A stretch of 64,000 nt of DNA, from the IMG/VR virus record IMGVR_UViG_3300032249_000925, positions 35,363 through 99,362 of that record; one strand, 5' to 3'. The notes below the pieces were generated by a model. The model searched no databases. It saw only the letters and a list, made by a program, of their open reading frames with translations, and was not told the DNA's origin. The first letter of the stretch is position 1; each line of letters begins with the position of its first letter. Of this stretch, positions 39,510-51,000 are shown piece by piece. The translations under genes and the position numbers were made by a program. This DNA comes from a virus.

Positions 39510-39948
39510 TAGGATTAAAATGCGGGTATCTGTACGACTCTGGTCTAACTATGGGCATAATTTCAGTAGCCTGCAAACCATTAATAATCGATTGTGGAAA
39601 TTCTTCATACATATCCCTGGTGCCGGTTAATCTGTAAGGTTTTGAACCTTCAAAAGTTCCTAGAGATTCATACCAATCATTTTGTTTATCATAAGGCTGT
39701 ACAGGACCAGTATAATGTGTAACAATTTTACCATCAATATTAGTTTTACCAATAAAATGCAATGTTTTAAATGGAATATGTGGTAATTTCAAGGTAAACG
39801 CATTCCAGTCATATAATTCAAACACTGTAACAAGACTAAAATCTACTGGTGATGACTGTGTTGGCGGTGTTCCAATTTCTGTTGTTGGGTCATAAGGAAA
39901 TTGTGCTTCTAACTCTTCAAGTGTTGGCGCATTCGTTGTATTAACCAT
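39493..39948 (-). CDS. Hypothetical protein
   Basis: ORF in the minus-strand late block. Confidence 0.6.
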   Translation of the reverse strand: MVNTTNAPTLEELEAQFPYDPTTEIGTPPTQSSPVDFSLVTVFELYDWNAFTLKLPHIPFKTLHFIGKTNIDGKIVTHYTGPVQPYDKQNDWYESLGTFEGSKPYRLTGTRDMYEEFPQSIINGLQATEIMPIVRPESYRYPHFNPSEQNA

Positions 39949-39951
39949 AAT

Positions 39952-40152
39952 TTATCCTTGATTATTAGTAGGTTGTAAGTCTTGCCATTTATTCAATGGA
40001 CACATAGAAGACTTTATTTTTGCTTTTGCTGGCATAATGCAGCCGCATTCTTTGCAGCGATATATTGGTTTTTGTAAACTGTCACACTGCGTGCATGTTT
40101 GTAGTCGTGCATAATATGTAGTTTTATCTGCTAAAAAATCTTGAATTGCCAT
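39952..40152 (-). CDS. Small Cys-rich protein (DUF6171-like)
   Basis: RLQTCTQC...CKECGC.M..K......CPLNKW. Confidence 0.7.
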   Translation of the reverse strand: MAIQDFLADKTTYYARLQTCTQCDSLQKPIYRCKECGCIMPAKAKIKSSMCPLNKWQDLQPTNNQG

Positions 40153-40243
40153 TATTTTAATACCTTTTTGAATCGTTTTATATTGCTGTAATATTTTTAT
40201 AAAAGTACTACAGCAATACTTTTTGTTATTTGCTCAAGTTGAA

Positions 40244-40858
40244 TTAAAACTTACGAGTATAAGTTACTTGATAAGCAGTTTGTCCTGGCCCAATGTCGTT
40301 GTTTGCTTTATCAAAATTAAAACCAACGGTATCAACCTTAGTTAAGTCGTACGCTAGACCCATTCTAACAGTAGTGCTAGTGTCGTTCTGAGTAGGTGTA
40401 GTGCTAAATGCTTGTCTCCAGCGATACCCGACTCTAGCGCGGACATTAAAAGGAGTATGGTAAACTAGACCCACTTCTTCAGTATTGTAAGCAAATGATT
40501 GAGCACCATTTACAATTTTTACACCAAGTCCTAAACGAGCGTAACCATCAACTGGTCCAAAAATTTGTTTTTGTGCATTAAAACCTGCTTCAACACGACC
40601 TCCTACTCGATAAGAACTTGGCGTTGGTTTTCCTGAAGGTCCTTCAAAATAATCATTTTGGTTTGATGCAAGTAAAAAATCTCCTGCAAAAAGATCAGTA
40701 AATTTTTGTCTAAGCTGAAAGTTGATTTGTTGTTGATTTGGTCCACTGTTATCGTCAACTGATTGGGTTAGATAACCAACAGTTACGGAAGTTCCTGCAG
40801 CTAAAGCTGACGAACTAATAGCAGCGCAAATTGTTGTGGCGATAAAAACTTTTTTCAT
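40244..40858 (-). CDS. Outer-membrane beta-barrel / porin-like protein
   Basis: Sec signal ending ALA, alternating amphipathic strands, C-terminal YTRKF (BAM signal). Confidence 0.8.
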   Translation of the reverse strand: MKKVFIATTICAAISSSALAAGTSVTVGYLTQSVDDNSGPNQQQINFQLRQKFTDLFAGDFLLASNQNDYFEGPSGKPTPSSYRVGGRVEAGFNAQKQIFGPVDGYARLGLGVKIVNGAQSFAYNTEEVGLVYHTPFNVRARVGYRWRQAFSTTPTQNDTSTTVRMGLAYDLTKVDTVGFNFDKANNDIGPGQTAYQVTYTRKF

Positions 40859-40906
40859 GTTATATTTCCTTTTAAAAGTTTTGTTTTATTGTATGACAGT
40901 ATGTCA

Positions 40907-41848
40907 TTATTTTAATACCTTTTCAAATAGTTCTCTATCTGTTGCAGTACCTTTTGTATATCCAGCAGGAGTTAATTCATTTGTTAAGATTATCAACCCT
41001 GTTGCGTTGTAAATTGGTGTAGCTTGTTCACTTCTAATTGCTTTAACAAATTTTTCTTCGAACCAATCTTTAATTTCTTTTGCGGTATTTTTAGGCAATC
41101 CAATTCCCCAAGAGGAATGAAATACTAAACTTTTATCAAAATCTTTGGCTAAAGGTGTTGAAGGAAATTCTTTTACTTTTGAATCACTGAATACAGCAAT
41201 AAATTTAATTTTACCAGAATCATGCAAATTAAGTGCTGTTATTAGCGGCACAATAGTAATTTTTGTTTCTTTTTGTGCAACTGAGACTTGTGATTCTAAT
41301 GGTCCTTTATAATTAACTAAAGTTACTTTATCTTCAGACGAATCCGTTAGTTTAAGATAGTGTCTAAATGCAGCTTCTGTATTGCCGCCATTAGATGCCA
41401 CTAACGTTGGTGCGGTTGAAGATTTTATAAGATTTTTTAAATCATTTAAATTGTTCAATGGCGAATCTGCACTAACAACTGCTACCATAGGGCTAGCGGC
41501 CATGGTAAGAATTTTATCAAAATCTGATTCTTGATATTTTACAATGTCTTTATTTAAAATTGGACTTGTGGTAAAAGCATGTCTACCAATTACTTTTAAA
41601 TGATGCCCGTCATTGGGTTTATCTACAAAACTATTTAAATCAATAAGTCCGCCTGCTCCCGGTCTATTATTGAGAATAAACTTTGTTTCTGGGTTTTGTT
41701 TTTCTATAATCTTTGTTAAAGCTCTTGTAACACTATCATCCCCAGAGCCAGGTGGAAAACCTATGTAGACATTAATAGGTTTTGTAGGTTCCCAAGCAAG
41801 TGCTTGTGTGCAAACCAATGTAAGTATAAGTAATAGTTTTTTAAACAT
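40907..41848 (-). CDS. Bug/TctC tripartite tricarboxylate transporter substrate-binding protein
   Basis: Signal peptide; WEPTKPI, GFPPGSGDD, NRPGAGG, DGH, VNYKG, PKNT motifs. Confidence 0.88.
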   Translation of the reverse strand: MFKKLLLILTLVCTQALAWEPTKPINVYIGFPPGSGDDSVTRALTKIIEKQNPETKFILNNRPGAGGLIDLNSFVDKPNDGHHLKVIGRHAFTTSPILNKDIVKYQESDFDKILTMAASPMVAVVSADSPLNNLNDLKNLIKSSTAPTLVASNGGNTEAAFRHYLKLTDSSEDKVTLVNYKGPLESQVSVAQKETKITIVPLITALNLHDSGKIKFIAVFSDSKVKEFPSTPLAKDFDKSLVFHSSWGIGLPKNTAKEIKDWFEEKFVKAIRSEQATPIYNATGLIILTNELTPAGYTKGTATDRELFEKVLK

Positions 41849-41874
41849 AATATGTGTAGGTTAAAGTGTGTTTG

Positions 41875-43323
41875 TTAAAGGGTTTGAGGATCTACAATCT
41901 CAAAAGTTGTATAATCAATCATTCTAAATCTCTGTGTTAATTCTTGCTCTACTTCTTTACTATACAGTTCTGTGAATGTAGAGCCTACTAGTTTTATAGT
42001 TGTAGTTTTACCAAAATCTTTTACTTGTATTATACTAATACTATCTAAAAGGATTTCATATTTTATAAAATCGCCAAAAAATACGAAAAAGTTTTCTAGA
42101 GTAGCCGGAGTATTCTCCTTAAATCCACAAATGCAAATATAATTAGTAAAATTTATTTCTTCTTTATTTACTGTGTCTATTCGTTTAGCATCAGCAAATT
42201 TATAAATTTTCCAATTTACTAATCCAGTATTAGAAGAAAAAGTTTGATTTTTTGGAACTACAGGCACTGGAATTCCTGGCTGATCTACAATAAAATTTAA
42301 ATCACTAGATGTTTTGGTATAGTTAACTGGTATATAATATTTGTTCCAATTTACATCAATTGTGTTAAGTGTGTCCGGCCCGTATTTTAAAATAGCAGGA
42401 CCCTTGAGTTTATTGTTAAAATAATCTTGATCTTTAGTATAGTCTAATATCAACTTTTTTAAAGGCAATTTATTATTTGGAGAACGGTGATCTTGATCCC
42501 CTAACTGTTCTAAAGGCATGCTTAATATATAATAGTTGAACTCTTTTGTATCATAAAAATGAAATAAATTTTTATTCAATATTGCATTAGCCATATGTAA
42601 ACTTGTTCTTAATTGAACTCGTTGGTATTTAAAATTAAACCTAACAGCTTTTAAAAATTCTTTAACAGTTGTAATGGGAATAGGATAGTTATTTACAAAA
42701 TATTCAACAGTGCTATGGTATTCTGTAAAACTTGGATTTAATAACAGTTGCCAAGGATCTTTATTCCAATCCGCTATGTGTGTTAGCAAATGTATAAGCC
42801 TATCAACTACGAATAATTGATCTGTTACTTCTCCAGAAATAATAATACTATTGTCTGTAAATAATTCATTCAATACCGTGCCATAACTAAATATACTCAA
42901 ATCCACAAATTTATGTTTTTGAATTATTTGATTGTATAAATTGGGATATTCCCTAAATGCTGTTGTATTGCTTAAAATGATTAAATCTTCTGGATTTTTC
43001 ATATAAGTCATTAATGCACAGTATATACTGGTACTGTCTATTCCCCCGCTCCACAATAATTGTAATGGTTGATTTCGTTGGTTGCTCAAATCAACTAATT
43101 CGCGAACTCTTGATTCTATTAACTGATTAAAATCATAAGTTTTTGTTTTATCATAATCTAAAAGAGGTTGTAGAACTACAATATCTGGATCAGTTCCAAG
43201 TATCGCCATTCTATCAATATACATTAGATCAGTGTAATCAAAAATAATTGGATCAAGTGCTCGTCTAAACTCAACCATTTTAGGATAGTTTGTTACTAGG
43301 TAGGGGTGTATATAGTATTTCAT
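41875..43323 (-). CDS. Asparagine-synthetase-like (PP-loop ATP pyrophosphatase) protein without a glutaminase domain
   Basis: LLWSGGIDST, ISGEVTDQLF, KLPLK. Confidence 0.75.
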   Translation of the reverse strand: MKYYIHPYLVTNYPKMVEFRRALDPIIFDYTDLMYIDRMAILGTDPDIVVLQPLLDYDKTKTYDFNQLIESRVRELVDLSNQRNQPLQLLWSGGIDSTSIYCALMTYMKNPEDLIILSNTTAFREYPNLYNQIIQKHKFVDLSIFSYGTVLNELFTDNSIIISGEVTDQLFVVDRLIHLLTHIADWNKDPWQLLLNPSFTEYHSTVEYFVNNYPIPITTVKEFLKAVRFNFKYQRVQLRTSLHMANAILNKNLFHFYDTKEFNYYILSMPLEQLGDQDHRSPNNKLPLKKLILDYTKDQDYFNNKLKGPAILKYGPDTLNTIDVNWNKYYIPVNYTKTSSDLNFIVDQPGIPVPVVPKNQTFSSNTGLVNWKIYKFADAKRIDTVNKEEINFTNYICICGFKENTPATLENFFVFFGDFIKYEILLDSISIIQVKDFGKTTTIKLVGSTFTELYSKEVEQELTQRFRMIDYTTFEIVDPQTL

Positions 43324-43337
43324 TTTTATAATTTACA

Positions 43338-43952
43338 TTAGAAGACGCCACAACAATAGTTAGAGTAGCAATAATCATAAGTTCCGCAACATCCATTAGC
43401 ATAATAAAAGGTGGTATCACACCCGGGGCTGCCGGAACATCCATCGCAACCAGACTGCCCTGCTGGTGTATTGTAGGGAGGACAACCCGCGCAAGGATTA
43501 GCTACATATCCACAATATCCTGAATTATATTCGGTGTCTACACGATAAAATCCACAACTACCGTTGGTGTATGTATCATACCTAGTATAACCATCACAAT
43601 TATCTCGAGTATAGTTAACACCAGAGTAAGCACAAGCAGCACCTCCACCAGCAACACTGCTATTACCTATCATGTTTACTGCATATACATAGCCATTATA
43701 ACTACCATGGCTATCTGTACCAAATGAAACTGAAAAAGTAGTAGAACTTACTGACGTACTAGCAGCTACTGCACCACCATTTTGATTAGTAATATAAGGA
43801 ATATATGCAGTAATAGGCCTATTACCACTACTACTAGGAGCTCCCCAACTAATACATACTGTAGCGCCACCACATCTACTTACACTAACACTTACTGGTG
43901 GACCTGGGACTGAACCTTTTGGCAGCCCTGAAAATTTAAGTGTAGAAAACAT
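43338..43952 (-). CDS. FN3-like domain protein with Cys/Gly/Tyr-rich C-terminus
   Basis: VPGPP..ISWGAPSSSGNRPITAY..VYAVN.IG FN3 pattern; 16 Cys in total. Confidence 0.75.
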   Translation of the reverse strand: MFSTLKFSGLPKGSVPGPPVSVSVSRCGGATVCISWGAPSSSGNRPITAYIPYITNQNGGAVAASTSVSSTTFSVSFGTDSHGSYNGYVYAVNMIGNSSVAGGGAACAYSGVNYTRDNCDGYTRYDTYTNGSCGFYRVDTEYNSGYCGYVANPCAGCPPYNTPAGQSGCDGCSGSPGCDTTFYYANGCCGTYDYCYSNYCCGVF

Positions 43953-44476
43953 TAGAAATTTGCACCTGATTGACTTGCATACCAGTTTACGCCATCACTA
44001 ATAAATACGTAAATATCTGTTTTACCATTAGTTAGTGTAGGAATAGGAGCACTACCAAAATTATATTTAATAGTACCTCTAGTAGTTGCAAATGTTAACG
44101 TAGTAGGAGTATTTACATAGTTTACTTGAATAGTTAAACTTTTGCCTGCTAGGGGCGGTGGCAGAGTAATTGCATTTGCACCCGCCATGGTAGTAATACT
44201 TTGATAGCTACCGTTGCCTAGTGACAGTGTTAGTGCGTTTCGTGTAACTGTTACAAAGTACAGTTGTTCAGTATAGTCTTTAATAGTTGGATTAGTAATA
44301 ATTTTATTACCAGCGTTATCTAAAGTAGTTAGTTCTGTCCAACTAACTACTCCCCTATTACTAACTAATCTTTTATATAATATATTTGTTGAGGAATTGT
44401 ACCACTCATCCCCAACCGCAACCCCCGTAGGTTCCGTTGGAGACCAGAAATGTTGTATGCTATTTCTGGTTGACAT
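43952..44476 (-). CDS. Tail fibre-associated protein
   Basis: EPT...GDEWYNS motif; C-terminal ..DIYVFISDGVNWY domain. Confidence 0.65.
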   Translation of the reverse strand: MSTRNSIQHFWSPTEPTGVAVGDEWYNSSTNILYKRLVSNRGVVSWTELTTLDNAGNKIITNPTIKDYTEQLYFVTVTRNALTLSLGNGSYQSITTMAGANAITLPPPLAGKSLTIQVNYVNTPTTLTFATTRGTIKYNFGSAPIPTLTNGKTDIYVFISDGVNWYASQSGANF

Positions 44477-44478
44477 GA

Positions 44479-47400
44479 TTATGCCTGCGCTTCGGTCCAG
44501 CTAATACGAGCTAGAATTGAGTTTGTGGTAACTGTGGTAACATTAGTAGCACAAATTGTAATAATATCCGGACCGTCTGGATATAAATTCAAAAAGCTAT
44601 TTGGACAAGTATTAGTTGTGCCACCACCAAGAATACAAGTACCCAAGTCACGAACTTGATTTAAGTCCTCGGTATTAACACCGCCGCTGGTATAGAAACC
44701 AAACACAGTTTCGCCACCAGTAATTGTAGTGCTAGCAGGATGAATAGCTAGTTGTGCTAAGCTTGAACCACCTACCTGTGCAAATTGACCGGCACTAACT
44801 CTGCCATTTAGTCTTAGTGAAATTAAGAATGCAATACCAGTACCTGTAGCAACTGTAGATAGACTACGCATAATTAACTGCATACGGTTAATTAATTCAC
44901 GTGAACCAAGTACACCAGTTAATCCATTATCTACTGTAGGAGCAATACGAATACTGACTAGTGGAACTGTAACGTCTTGGCCAACGTTAGTAATAGTCTG
45001 CGTACGATTCATACCGCCAACGAACACTAGTGACTTATCGTCGTCGTACCTGCCGTCCATCATTACCGCGGAACCCCAATGACTAATAGTACTTGCCTGA
45101 CTTGGACCATATAGTTCTACTTTAATTGGAGCTGTACCTGCTAAACTGCCTGTAGTTTGACCAGTAACTGTAAATGCAGTTGCAACAGCACTACCACCAC
45201 CAGCAGTACCAGCACCTACAATAGCAATATCTCGAACATTGCGAGTAAGGTTGTTTAAAACATTACCAGTTTTACTAGTATAACTAACGTATTCAATTAC
45301 ACCTCCAGTATCAGATGCTTGACTTAAAACCACAGTACCTGCTGGCGGAAAATTACTAGCATCTGCTACACTCATTGAAGTAGTAAAACCACTAGCTAGT
45401 GTTGAGGTAAGATAAGTATAAGGTGTATGCGTATTAGTTTCATAACGTGCAACCAAATTACCAGTGCGCATATAAGCTTCGGTATTAAGGTTGTTATTAG
45501 CAATTCTGTGGCAGTAAATAACTTCACCACGATTATTTTTTACACCAAATCTAATTGCACCTGCACCATACCACGTAAAGTCAATATAGAACATTTGCAT
45601 TTTAGTCAAGTCCATATTAAATAAACTTGCACCAGTACCGTCTAGTTTATCAATATTCCACTGACTTTGCGGATATTTGGTATCAATGGTTTTACTAACC
45701 ACTGCACCGCTAATATTAGCCGCACCTCGATATTCTGGATAAATGGTCATTGCTGTGTCTGTGGTAATTTGCTGTACTGTATAGCTCATACCACGAATAA
45801 CTACATAATCACCAGGTTTTAATTGTTGACTAAATTTTGTGTTAGTACCAGTAACTGCATTACTACCAGCATTAACTGCAATAGCTCCAGAAATTTGTGT
45901 AGTACTACTACGTTTTACACAATTTAGTGTTTGACCATCATATTCAAAGAAAAATCCGTTTTGATTGTCAAACATACCAATACGGTTATAACTACCATAC
46001 CAAGTAAAAGGACTTACGGTAATTGGAAATCCCGGTGCTGGTGCTATAGCAGGAATAGCTCCTGCAGCATCAATACGAGCAGTGCTTGTATAAGTAAATG
46101 TTAAACCACTTACTGTAACTACTGCAAAATTACCATTATAAGCCGCGTCTGTACTACCAATAACCCTAATAATAGATCCTGGCAATAGTCCGTGCGGATA
46201 TTTGCAAGTTACAGTAACAGTACTACCGCTGCCACCATTAGTTAAATTTTCAACAAATAGTGCAGGTTTTAAAATACTGCCAGTTGAAAACTGAATGCCT
46301 TTACCGCTTTGATAACGGAACTGACGGCGTGTTTGTCTGATGACTTGATAACCATGATAAGGGCTAACATTACTAAATTGTACACCACCATCAAATGGTC
46401 TGTGTTGTACGTAACCCATTGAGCGTGGATATACGCAAGCATTAAGCGGCGTAGTATGCGTTGTAGCTGCAGCAGCGGTTAAAAATGTAAATGTATTTGT
46501 AGTAGGAGTAGTTTCAACAACCCAAGTATTATTAAGTGCTGTGTTAGTAGTACTACCAACAATATATACAGTATCACCAATACGCAAACCGTGACCAAAA
46601 GTAGTTGTTACTGTAGCGCGAGTACCGTTTGTAACAATTGCTGTAGTTCCAGCTGGAATTGCTGCACCTGTGTAAAAATTTCCAAGCCAAATATAGCTTT
46701 TAGTTGCGTCAACTAGCGGTGTAACCACAGGGTTAACAATAGTACTAAAAGTAAATGTGCCGCTGGCCACGGTACTAGCTGTACATAACCACCAACCATC
46801 TGCATTTGCTGCGTCTAAACTACCTTGCATAAACAGTGGTTGACCAACTGAAGGTAGTTGTGTAGTAAATACAAATGCACCCGCAGTCATAGCACTACCA
46901 CTTTGTACAGTAATTTGTGTTGCGCTATCTACGGATAATACAGTTGTAGTACCAGTACCAAAAGTACCAGTACCACTTTGTTTAATTAAAATTGCGCCTG
47001 GATATAAATTAGCTGTGCTAGCAATACCAGTAATTGTAGATACAATAGCTGCACTAGTAATACTGCCACTAAATGCTTGTAGGGTAGCGGTGACCACATT
47101 ACCACTAGCAGTAATATTACTAAGTACTGCGGGTTGCGTACTATCATAGCTAGCACTAGGGCGATTATTTAAGAGTGTAATACTTTCCCATTTAGTTGGT
47201 TGCTGACCATATTCAAAGTCAGTATCAATCAAACTTTGCGGAGTACTTACGCGCAGTTTATCAACTGGATCGCGCATAATTTCAGCGGGAATTAACTCAG
47301 TATAAGTTTCTTCTACTAAAATGCTTAGTTTATCTGTAGCCGACATTGCGGCAGTATTGTAACTTAGCACAATAGTTGTAGTTTCAGTTCCGCTGTTTGC

Positions 47401-47598
47401 GTCAACAGCAGTAACATAACTAGTTGCACCTAATGCAGGATCACTAAAATTATATAACACAGTGCCTTGATAAGCAACATTTTGTGTTACATTAGTAATT
47501 AGTAATAATTGTTCTTTTCTAATATTCTTACCCACAACAACAATAGTTTTTGTTGTTGGGCTAAATGTATAACTTTCAATGATTACGTGTTTTGCCAT
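44479..47598 (-). CDS. Large virion structural/fibre protein
   Basis: KLRVSTPQSLIDTDFEYG, repeated HGL..G..V beta units, YQSGKG, WYGAG; Thr/Gly-rich. Confidence 0.75.
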   Translation of the reverse strand: MAKHVIIESYTFSPTTKTIVVVGKNIRKEQLLLITNVTQNVAYQGTVLYNFSDPALGATSYVTAVDANSGTETTTIVLSYNTAAMSATDKLSILVEETYTELIPAEIMRDPVDKLRVSTPQSLIDTDFEYGQQPTKWESITLLNNRPSASYDSTQPAVLSNITASGNVVTATLQAFSGSITSAAIVSTITGIASTANLYPGAILIKQSGTGTFGTGTTTVLSVDSATQITVQSGSAMTAGAFVFTTQLPSVGQPLFMQGSLDAANADGWWLCTASTVASGTFTFSTIVNPVVTPLVDATKSYIWLGNFYTGAAIPAGTTAIVTNGTRATVTTTFGHGLRIGDTVYIVGSTTNTALNNTWVVETTPTTNTFTFLTAAAATTHTTPLNACVYPRSMGYVQHRPFDGGVQFSNVSPYHGYQVIRQTRRQFRYQSGKGIQFSTGSILKPALFVENLTNGGSGSTVTVTCKYPHGLLPGSIIRVIGSTDAAYNGNFAVVTVSGLTFTYTSTARIDAAGAIPAIAPAPGFPITVSPFTWYGSYNRIGMFDNQNGFFFEYDGQTLNCVKRSSTTQISGAIAVNAGSNAVTGTNTKFSQQLKPGDYVVIRGMSYTVQQITTDTAMTIYPEYRGAANISGAVVSKTIDTKYPQSQWNIDKLDGTGASLFNMDLTKMQMFYIDFTWYGAGAIRFGVKNNRGEVIYCHRIANNNLNTEAYMRTGNLVARYETNTHTPYTYLTSTLASGFTTSMSVADASNFPPAGTVVLSQASDTGGVIEYVSYTSKTGNVLNNLTRNVRDIAIVGAGTAGGGSAVATAFTVTGQTTGSLAGTAPIKVELYGPSQASTISHWGSAVMMDGRYDDDKSLVFVGGMNRTQTITNVGQDVTVPLVSIRIAPTVDNGLTGVLGSRELINRMQLIMRSLSTVATGTGIAFLISLRLNGRVSAGQFAQVGGSSLAQLAIHPASTTITGGETVFGFYTSGGVNTEDLNQVRDLGTCILGGGTTNTCPNSFLNLYPDGPDIITICATNVTTVTTNSILARISWTEAQA

Positions 47599-47604
47599 TT
47601 TTAT

Positions 47605-48072
47605 TTAATCTCCAAGTGCGACTGTTGCCGCTGAAAAAGGATATCTAGAAGTTTGGGGGGTAGAAAATGATCTTAAAATTAGTAAAGCATTACTACCAGC
47701 ATCAGGTGCATTATATATAGTAATATAATTTTGAGAATCAAAAGTTCTTACCCTATAACCTTTAAAAGAGTCATATACCATTAGCCAAGGCCAAGTATAT
47801 CTAGCAATATATGGTGATAAACGTAAACCATCTACTACTACTTCTAAGTCTTTACTATTTGTAATAGTATTTATTGCGTTTTGTTCTAATCTTAGCTCAA
47901 AGTGTCTGGTTATACCATCAAATTGATTAGAAATATCGTTTAATATTACACCAGAATTTAGTATATTACTAATATCATTATTAAGATTAATAAAATTAGT
48001 ATCTATTTCTATATTAGTTAGTGGCCTATTTAGTGCAGTAGTGCCTACTTGTCTGGTAACAATTGTTGCCAT
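47605..48072 (-). CDS. Virion protein with a shared N-terminal anchor motif
   Basis: MATIVTR..G..A..RPLT..E.D.NFINL. Confidence 0.7.
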   Translation of the reverse strand: MATIVTRQVGTTALNRPLTNIEIDTNFINLNNDISNILNSGVILNDISNQFDGITRHFELRLEQNAINTITNSKDLEVVVDGLRLSPYIARYTWPWLMVYDSFKGYRVRTFDSQNYITIYNAPDAGSNALLILRSFSTPQTSRYPFSAATVALGD

Positions 48073-48099
48073 ATTAAGTCCTTTTTTGTAATAATATAT

Positions 48100-51000
48100 T
48101 TACCAACTAATAGTACCGCTGCCACTGGTAAAAGTATAAATTCTATAACCAGTTCTAGTATCAGTATCTAGTGTGTAGGTTAGTGTTCCTGTAACACTTA
48201 GTAGGTTACTAATAGTATTAGAGTATGCAATAATAACTACGCCTCTACCACCTGCAAGTCTACTACCACCGCCAGCACCACCACCTAATCCATCAGTTCC
48301 TGGAGCACCAGGACTAGCAGCATAAGAACCTATACCTCCGCCACCTAAACCACCACTACCTCGGTTAAAGTCAAAAGCGCTATATCCACTGCCACCGCCA
48401 CCGCCAGCATAATAAACACTAGTACCAGTAATACTAGAAGTTAGCCCATTACCGCCATTACCACCAGGAGTACCGCCAGCACCGTTACCACGAATTCCTT
48501 CTGCACCAGCGCCGCCACCACCACCGCCACCGCCTTCTCCAAATTGTGGACTACTGCCACCAGAGTAACCTTGTACAGTAGTTGTTTCACCTGCAATTGG
48601 TGTTATAGCAGGAGTATTACCGGCACTTCCAGGACCATTATAAGTAACTTGACCACCGCCACTACCGCCAGTGGTACTTGAACTACCATATTCACCTCCT
48701 GCACCACCACCAGTAGATACAATAGTATGAAACTGTGAGTCTTTACCTTTACGATTAGCTGCTATACTACTAGATGAACCGCCTTCACCCACAGTAACTT
48801 GATAGCTAGTACTTGCGCTAACAGTATAATTACCCTGCCTAAAACCGCCTGCTCCACCACCACCGGCAATATAATACAAATAATCTACAAGTTGATTTGA
48901 ACCGCTAGCACCTCCGCCACCAACTACTAAAAATTCTACACTAGTAGTTTGCGTAGGAGTTTGTGATAGCGGAACTGGTAAAGAGCCTTGATTAGGAAAT
49001 TCTCTAGAAGGTACAGTTGTAACTTTTGTTCTATTTATACCTTTAGTAATTCGTACGTCTTGAATATAACCATTAAACCAATAATTATTAAAACCTGTAT
49101 TAGAGCCACCACCAATACTTAAAACTTGATTAGCTGAATAGTTTCTAGTATCTGAGCCGCTGCCAACAGCTGTGCCATTTCTGTATATAGTAGTTGTTGA
49201 ACCACTTTTAACAATTGCAATATAGTACCAAGTTTCTGCTACAACAGTTGTACCAGTTTCTGCAGCAACTAAAACGCCGCTAGGCGCCTGATAATAAAAG
49301 TTTATTTTGCCGTCGCCATTGCCAGTTTGAATAAGCCATCCTCCAGCAACAGCACCGCCAACATAACCTGTTGACATAATTGTTTGATAACCAGCTAAAT
49401 TAGAGTAATATTGCCAAAACTCAATTGTAAAGTTACTAGTACCGAATTGTCCGGTATAATTAGCAGGTATTGTTAAACAGTCTGTGGAACCATCAAATTT
49501 TATGCTTGTTGGAGACCACTTGTATTGAACACTATTAACTTGTGCATTATCTTGTGTACTTATTACGTTCTGTGCACTAGCATCGTAAATTCCTGCGTTG
49601 GTGAAGTTGAGCAGGAGACTGGTGTTGGCGGCTGCAAAACTTGTATTGACGTTGGTCGTGCTTGAGTAGCTTGCTGCGCTGGCCGGTCCTGTCGTGGCTA
49701 ACGGTGCGAGCGTGGGTGGGGTGAATGCTCCGGTATAGACTGCCGTGCCTTCAACCATCCTAAAATTAGACAAATACCCTTTCAAATAATCAGCGGCCCC
49801 GCCAACGGTCCTTGCTCCAACTATTATTGACGCAGAAGCAACCCCAGCAGCATCAGTTGTTGACAGGCTATAACTAACGCCGTTTACATATCCAGTATGA
49901 ACACCAGCGGAACGAACTACAGCAACGTGGTACCAAGTGAAAGGACTAAGAGTTGCTGGGCCAAAATTGACAAAGCTAACACCATTCCACAAATACTGGA
50001 ATCTAGATGTATTTTGTAAAGTCACCAACGGGGATTGTGACGGTTGCGCTGTTCTAGCATCAAAAACGACCTGAAATCCCGTCACATCTGTAAAATAAAC
50101 CCACGTCTCAATCGTAAAGTCTAAACTGCCAACCCCTAACGCCGCATTACTGGCCGCACTCAAATAATCCGTACTACCATTAAAGTATCCGCTGCCACCA
50201 TGCAGCACAGGGGTATACGCGTCTGCAGGAAAAAATGGTTGAAATGTTTGAACTTGAGGAGTGTTGGTAGGAGTAAGTGTAAAATTGTTACTGCTGTTGT
50301 CTCGAAATCTGTTGCTTTGGCAAGTTAATAAAGTTGTATTAGCAATTGGTGTTAATGGCGTTGTAGAAGGAGTAAAATTAGAAGTATAAGTTGCAGAATT
50401 AACAATTCTTAGGTTGCTGATATACCCTAGCCAAGACGAAGTTGCTGGATTTGATTCTTCTCTGCCAATATAAAGATTATTTCCACCACTACCAGCAGCC
50501 CATGTTAAACTACTAAATGTTCCAGTAGCACTTAATACACCGTTAACATAAATTTTTAAATTATTAGAACCTGATCCGTTAAATACTGCTGCAATATGAG
50601 ACCAAGTATTTACTTTAACTGCAGTAGAAGAAGTTACTGCATTTTGTCCGCCTGAAGAGTACGAATATACTTTTGGTAATCCGTTATCAACTCCAAAATT
50701 AAAATATGTAGATCCAAGACCAAGAATGCAAGGAAATGTATATGTAAGACTTCCTGCTCTAAGGCTAGTTGGATATACCCATGCTTCAATAGTTAGGACT
50801 GCTCCAGCGGTGATTAAAGGAGTTATTGGTCCTGGCGTAGAACCAATTTGAATATAATCTCCACTGCCATTAAAGTAGTTACTCCACTGACCATTAGGCC
50901 AATACGGAGTGCGCGAACCTTGTGTTGGTGTGCCGTTTCGAGCAATTGAAAAGTTATTGGTGCTGCTATCTAAAAATGTGTTATTTTGTTGAGTAGTTAA

